From the IMG/VR virus record IMGVR_UViG_3300010352_001575, positions 30,206-94,205 of that record: a stretch of DNA of 64,000 bases. One strand, written 5' to 3'. The DNA comes from a virus. A model generated the notes under the pieces. It was not told where the DNA came from. It did not search any database and saw nothing but the letters and a program-made list of their open reading frames with translations. Below are positions 60,229 through 64,000 of the stretch, piece after piece; position 1 is the first letter of the stretch; every line of letters begins with the position of its first letter. Both the position numbers and the translations under genes were made by a program.

Positions 60229-61415
60229 AAGTCGTAATATCCTCTGACTGGCATCTGAGCGCTACCAACCGGTTTGCAGATGTTTGCAAAACCTTAGATG
60301 CCATCGCGAAATACTGCAGCTGGACCAAAGCCGATTATTTCTTTTTTCTGGGGGACGCGTACGACTATGCTACTCCCAGTAATAAAGAGCGCGCGGTCAT
60401 TCACAAGCTGTTTACGGAAATCAGAGGATACGGGACCAAGATTGTTACGATACCTGGAAATCACGATATCGCCAAAGCAGACCTAGCCGGAGAGTTCGCG
60501 TCTACGGCGGAGTACATAAACCTCAATGTCCCGGATGTCAAAGTATTTGACTACCCGGGCGGGGCTATAGCTGAAGGTGGTGTTTTGTTCGCGTTCATAC
60601 CACACATACCTAAGGGGCAGCACGACGGAGTATCGTACGCCGAGCACTATGCCACTCTGCTGAAAAAGATAGATGATGCCAACCCCGGGCCGCACGAATT
60701 AAAGATACTACTATCTCACGTGATGGTCCAAGAGGCGGCGCCGGTAGACGCGGCTAAACATCCAGACATACTGGTTAGGTCTATTCCTTTAGCAATGCTA
60801 AAGAACTCCGGGTACAATCTTGTTATTCTAGGCGATGTTCACGCGCACACAGTTCTTAACGAAGAACCGTATATCTCGTATGTTGGCTCTCCAGATCGGA
60901 TATCGTTCAACGAGATATCTTGTGAAAAAGGTTTCTACGAGTTGAACATTACCGACCAGGTTGAGATAGAGTTCAAGCCGCTCGATGTCCGAAAGTTTGT
61001 CGGAGTTTCTGTGCTGCACGGCGCTGACGGCTTTGCTCTAAACGCGACCGTGTCTGGAAGTCCGGAGAACGTAGTTTGTACTTTCGAAAGTATGCCCAAG
61101 TTAATGGAATACCTATCAGAATGCCCGCACTTCAAGGACGCCATAGCTTCGTTTACGCTTAGCGCTCCTGGCGATATTATCAGAGGTACATCTCAGGACG
61201 AGATAAAGAAATTCATTACCGGAGCGGGAGCTGCAGGTATAAAGAACTGCAAGCTGACAATTACGGACGCCACAACTGCGAGAGACAAAAAGTTCACCAA
61301 GGCTATGGATCAAAACACAGCCTTAGAGTTATGGGCCGATGCCAAGAAATACGACGCAGATCTCAAAAAGGATTTTATAGAGAAAGGTACTAGCATAATG
61401 AGGTTAACCAAATGA
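60225..61415 (+). CDS. sbcD: SbcD/Mre11-like (gp47) nuclease
   Basis: SDWH, LGD.YD, GNHD, LLSH, LGDVH.H, YVGS..R..F.E...KG. Confidence 0.9.
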   Translation: MKVVISSDWHLSATNRFADVCKTLDAIAKYCSWTKADYFFFLGDAYDYATPSNKERAVIHKLFTEIRGYGTKIVTIPGNHDIAKADLAGEFASTAEYINLNVPDVKVFDYPGGAIAEGGVLFAFIPHIPKGQHDGVSYAEHYATLLKKIDDANPGPHELKILLSHVMVQEAAPVDAAKHPDILVRSIPLAMLKNSGYNLVILGDVHAHTVLNEEPYISYVGSPDRISFNEISCEKGFYELNITDQVEIEFKPLDVRKFVGVSVLHGADGFALNATVSGSPENVVCTFESMPKLMEYLSECPHFKDAIASFTLSAPGDIIRGTSQDEIKKFITGAGAAGIKNCKLTITDATTARDKKFTKAMDQNTALELWADAKKYDADLKKDFIEKGTSIMRLTK

Positions 61416-63598
61416 TTCTGAAAAAGATAACAGCAGACAGGTTTTTAGGCTGGGAGCATTTGGTTGTAGACCTCTCCGCTTTTTCTGGCGTCACATCGGT
61501 GATGGCAGAGATAGACGGCGAAAAGACCCGGTCTAACGGAGCAGGTAAATCTAGCTTTGTCCACGCTATCATTTTCGCAATGTACGGTGAAGTCAGGGGT
61601 GATTCTTTGGACGACCTGATAAAGGACCATTGCGCGGCCGGGTTCAAGGTTGTGCTGGAGATAGAGCAAGACGGAGTGGACTACTCTATCACCAGGTCCA
61701 AGACGCTAGCTACCAGTCAGAAGTGCGTAGTGCATCGCCTAGGCGGAAAGAAGAAAGAGATAGTGTCAGATGACCCAGTGGCGTTCTTCAAGCTGCCGGA
61801 CTATGACATTTTCTCCAGCTCAGTCTACTCTCCTCAGAATGAAATAAGTGGATTTGCTGATGAAAAGCCTGCCTCCCAGAAAACTTTGCTGCAGAAGTTG
61901 TTTTCTCTGGAAAAATACCAGAACTATGAGCGGCAGGCGAGGGATCTATCGCTGGAATTAGACTCTGAAATAAAACAAGTATCTGCCAAAGCAGACCTCA
62001 CGCTGTCTGAGTTTGACAAGCGAAAGGCAGAGCTGCAGAAGATAATCGACCAGGGTTATCCAGACAAAATCAAAAGTCTTATTGAAAAGATTGCCGTGCA
62101 AAAAACAGAAGAGGATACTCTCAAGAAAGCTCTGTCGTTAGCCGGGGATGCTGGTTCGGCGCGCGAAGAGCTTGTTAAAAAGAGCGCGGCTATAGCCGAA
62201 GACATTATCCGACAAGAGCGTGCGGCGGCTCAGTTCGTGGCCAACATTGAATCCGCCGAGCAAAAGATTGCAAAGAGCAGAGAAGAAATAGCTGTAAGCC
62301 AAGCAAACGCTAGTACAGCCAAGGCTAATATGGATAAGCAGCAAGCGGCTCTTGCCGCCATTGTTTCTGCGTCCAGTAGCCCAGATACCATAACTGGGCT
62401 AGAGAACTCCATTAAAATAACAAGAAAAGCGTGGCAGGCCAGTTTATCGGCCATAGAGGTAGCTAAGGCCGGCGCCGTATCTGAGACCGCGCGTAAGGAT
62501 AATCTTAACCGAGTCAACGGTGTTTGTCCGATGTGTTCTAGCATAGTGGACGATGAGCACAGAGCCAAAATCCTGGCAGGCGTGTCTGAGAAGCTGGCAG
62601 CATACCGGGAGGAGATGGCTAAGCAGCAAGCTACCGCGGAGCAGCTGGCGCAGACTGTAGCCAGCCTGGAAGCAGAACTAAAGTCCGCCCAATCACAAGA
62701 GCAGAGGTTGCTTAAGGTTAAGGCTGAAATAGCTTTTTATGCGTCTGCAGTTGATAACGCCAATAGAAATATTAGCAGCCTTAATGACTACATCAAAAGA
62801 GGCGAAGCGTACGTATCGGCTAACACAGAAGACGCGTCTCTCCTCGCCAAAAAACTAGATGAGGCTGATAAGGAAAAAGCAGAGATAGACGCAAAGATTA
62901 AGCTGCTGACCGCAGATGAGACAGTCTCACTAAAAGAAAAGCTGAATAGCATTACTGCCACTATTGCAGCAGACCAAAATGCCATAGTAGCGTACGAGAA
63001 ACAGCTAGCCATATGTTCCAAACTAGACGAGCAGGTCAAGGAATTGTACAAGTCGTTTGAGGAGTTGTGCGACCAGCGGGACTTGCTTACTGCTAAGCAG
63101 AAGGTGTACAAAGAGCTAGCTATAGCGTTCGGGTCGTCTGGAATTCCTGTGTTGATCTTAGAGAACGAGATGCAGGTACTGCAGCAGTACATCTCTGAGT
63201 ACTTGTCCAGATTGTCCGGAGATCGGCTTACACTTCAAATTGCCACCACAAAGAAGGCTGCAACTGGCAAGACTAGCGAGACACTGCAGCTAGTTTGCAG
63301 CAAAGGGGATAGCGATAGGAAGCTATCTACCTTCTCTGGCGGAGAGCGTGTAAGGGTTTACCTAGCTGTTCGCTTGGCGATAGCGAAGTACCTACGAGAT
63401 ATCGGCGTTGACTTTGGATTCATAATCATAGATGAGGTATCGGACCTGGACGAAGATGGACTCACCGGATTCGTAGAGGCGCTAAAAGGCCTATCGTCTG
63501 AGTTCAAAAACATACTAGTAGTTTCTCATTTAGACAGGATCAACGAATCGTTTGATTCCTGCCTGCTGTTTAACAAAGGCAATTCCGCGGAGTATTAA
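61412..63598 (+). CDS. sbcC: SbcC/Rad50-like (gp46) SMC ATPase
   Basis: NGAGKSS Walker A, CPMC Zn hook, FSGGE signature, IIIDE...LD, VSH. Confidence 0.92.
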   Translation: MILKKITADRFLGWEHLVVDLSAFSGVTSVMAEIDGEKTRSNGAGKSSFVHAIIFAMYGEVRGDSLDDLIKDHCAAGFKVVLEIEQDGVDYSITRSKTLATSQKCVVHRLGGKKKEIVSDDPVAFFKLPDYDIFSSSVYSPQNEISGFADEKPASQKTLLQKLFSLEKYQNYERQARDLSLELDSEIKQVSAKADLTLSEFDKRKAELQKIIDQGYPDKIKSLIEKIAVQKTEEDTLKKALSLAGDAGSAREELVKKSAAIAEDIIRQERAAAQFVANIESAEQKIAKSREEIAVSQANASTAKANMDKQQAALAAIVSASSSPDTITGLENSIKITRKAWQASLSAIEVAKAGAVSETARKDNLNRVNGVCPMCSSIVDDEHRAKILAGVSEKLAAYREEMAKQQATAEQLAQTVASLEAELKSAQSQEQRLLKVKAEIAFYASAVDNANRNISSLNDYIKRGEAYVSANTEDASLLAKKLDEADKEKAEIDAKIKLLTADETVSLKEKLNSITATIAADQNAIVAYEKQLAICSKLDEQVKELYKSFEELCDQRDLLTAKQKVYKELAIAFGSSGIPVLILENEMQVLQQYISEYLSRLSGDRLTLQIATTKKAATGKTSETLQLVCSKGDSDRKLSTFSGGERVRVYLAVRLAIAKYLRDIGVDFGFIIIDEVSDLDEDGLTGFVEALKGLSSEFKNILVVSHLDRINESFDSCLLFNKGNSAEY

Positions 63599-63600
63599 AA

Positions 63601-63870
63601 ATGCTAGAGCCACGACGCCACCTGGACGGTTTTCTGGTGGGTGTTTCTTCCGTCGAGCGAATATCTGCTCTGTCTAAGGAGCCTGGGTTTACTCGTACGA
63701 TAGAATACCACAGAAAGGTAGGGAAGAAGATAGTGCTATGCGGGGTAGAATTTTTCTACAAAAATAAAAAGATATTTCAGTTGAAAGACCTGAGGAAATT
63801 TTTGTATAATATATTCAACAGATACAAAGTTAGAACAATCAGAGGACGGCCGGGGAAAAAATGCAGCTAG
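63601..63870 (+). CDS. Hypothetical protein
   Basis: 89-aa ORF; its 3' part overlaps a promoter-like sequence. Confidence 0.4.
   Translation: MLEPRRHLDGFLVGVSSVERISALSKEPGFTRTIEYHRKVGKKIVLCGVEFFYKNKKIFQLKDLRKFLYNIFNRYKVRTIRGRPGKKCS
63781..63810 (+). promoter_or_regulatory. Putative sigma70-like promoter
   Basis: TTGAAA-gacctgaggaaatttttg (18)-TATAAT. Confidence 0.55.
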
Positions 63871-64000
63871 ACCTGGGGCTAGATTTCAGCTATAAAAAAG
63901 ACGAACCAGTTAAGGACCTGACTCGAATAGTCGAGCCAGGTTGTACTCGTTGTGAGCGCGCGTTCAATCGAGAGCACATTGTGTTCGGAGAAGGAAACCT
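63861..64000 (+). CDS. Family-4 uracil-DNA glycosylase (or UDG domain of a DNA polymerase), truncated by the window end
   Basis: Hand translation ...GCTRCERAFNREHIVFGEGN. Confidence 0.75.
   Translation, partial: MQLDLGLDFSYKKDEPVKDLTRIVEPGCTRCERAFNREHIVFGEGN

Noticed and set aside
1-64000. Genome-wide stop-codon reassignment (TAG or TGA)
   Set aside because: Long conserved genes are intact in code 11, and both TAG and TGA end many coupled genes. Only isolated internal stops were found.

Overview
This window is a segment of a large dsDNA bacteriophage genome in the standard genetic code. No structural genes, tRNAs, rRNAs or CRISPR arrays were seen. From about 1 to 45.3 kb there is a dense run of more than 100 short minus-strand genes, mostly hypothetical, with several internal paralog families. 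Recognisable members include an MT-A70 methyltransferase, an HD hydrolase, a gp88-like protein, DUF932, a DUF1281-like protein, homing-endonuclease-like proteins, ThyX and a pyrimidine-dimer glycosylase. A GC- and hairpin-rich island at about 34.3-37.75 kb interrupts this run and may mark the genome terminus or entry region. The coding strand switches at 45.3-46.6 kb. This 1.25-kb gap has no credible gene but has its own sigma70-like promoter and many nested long-range helices, making it a candidate large, possibly undescribed structured ncRNA or a transcription-primed origin. It is the top finding. From 46.7 kb to the end, plus-strand genes encode YopX, a possible spanin and CHAP-like lysin, an MmcB-like protein, GroES, GroEL, a second degenerate GroEL, RuvC, a degenerate DnaC-like loader, DnaB, a stand-alone primase zinc finger, RecA, SbcD, SbcC and the start of a family-4 uracil-DNA glycosylase. 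All family assignments come from motif recognition by eye, not database searches.
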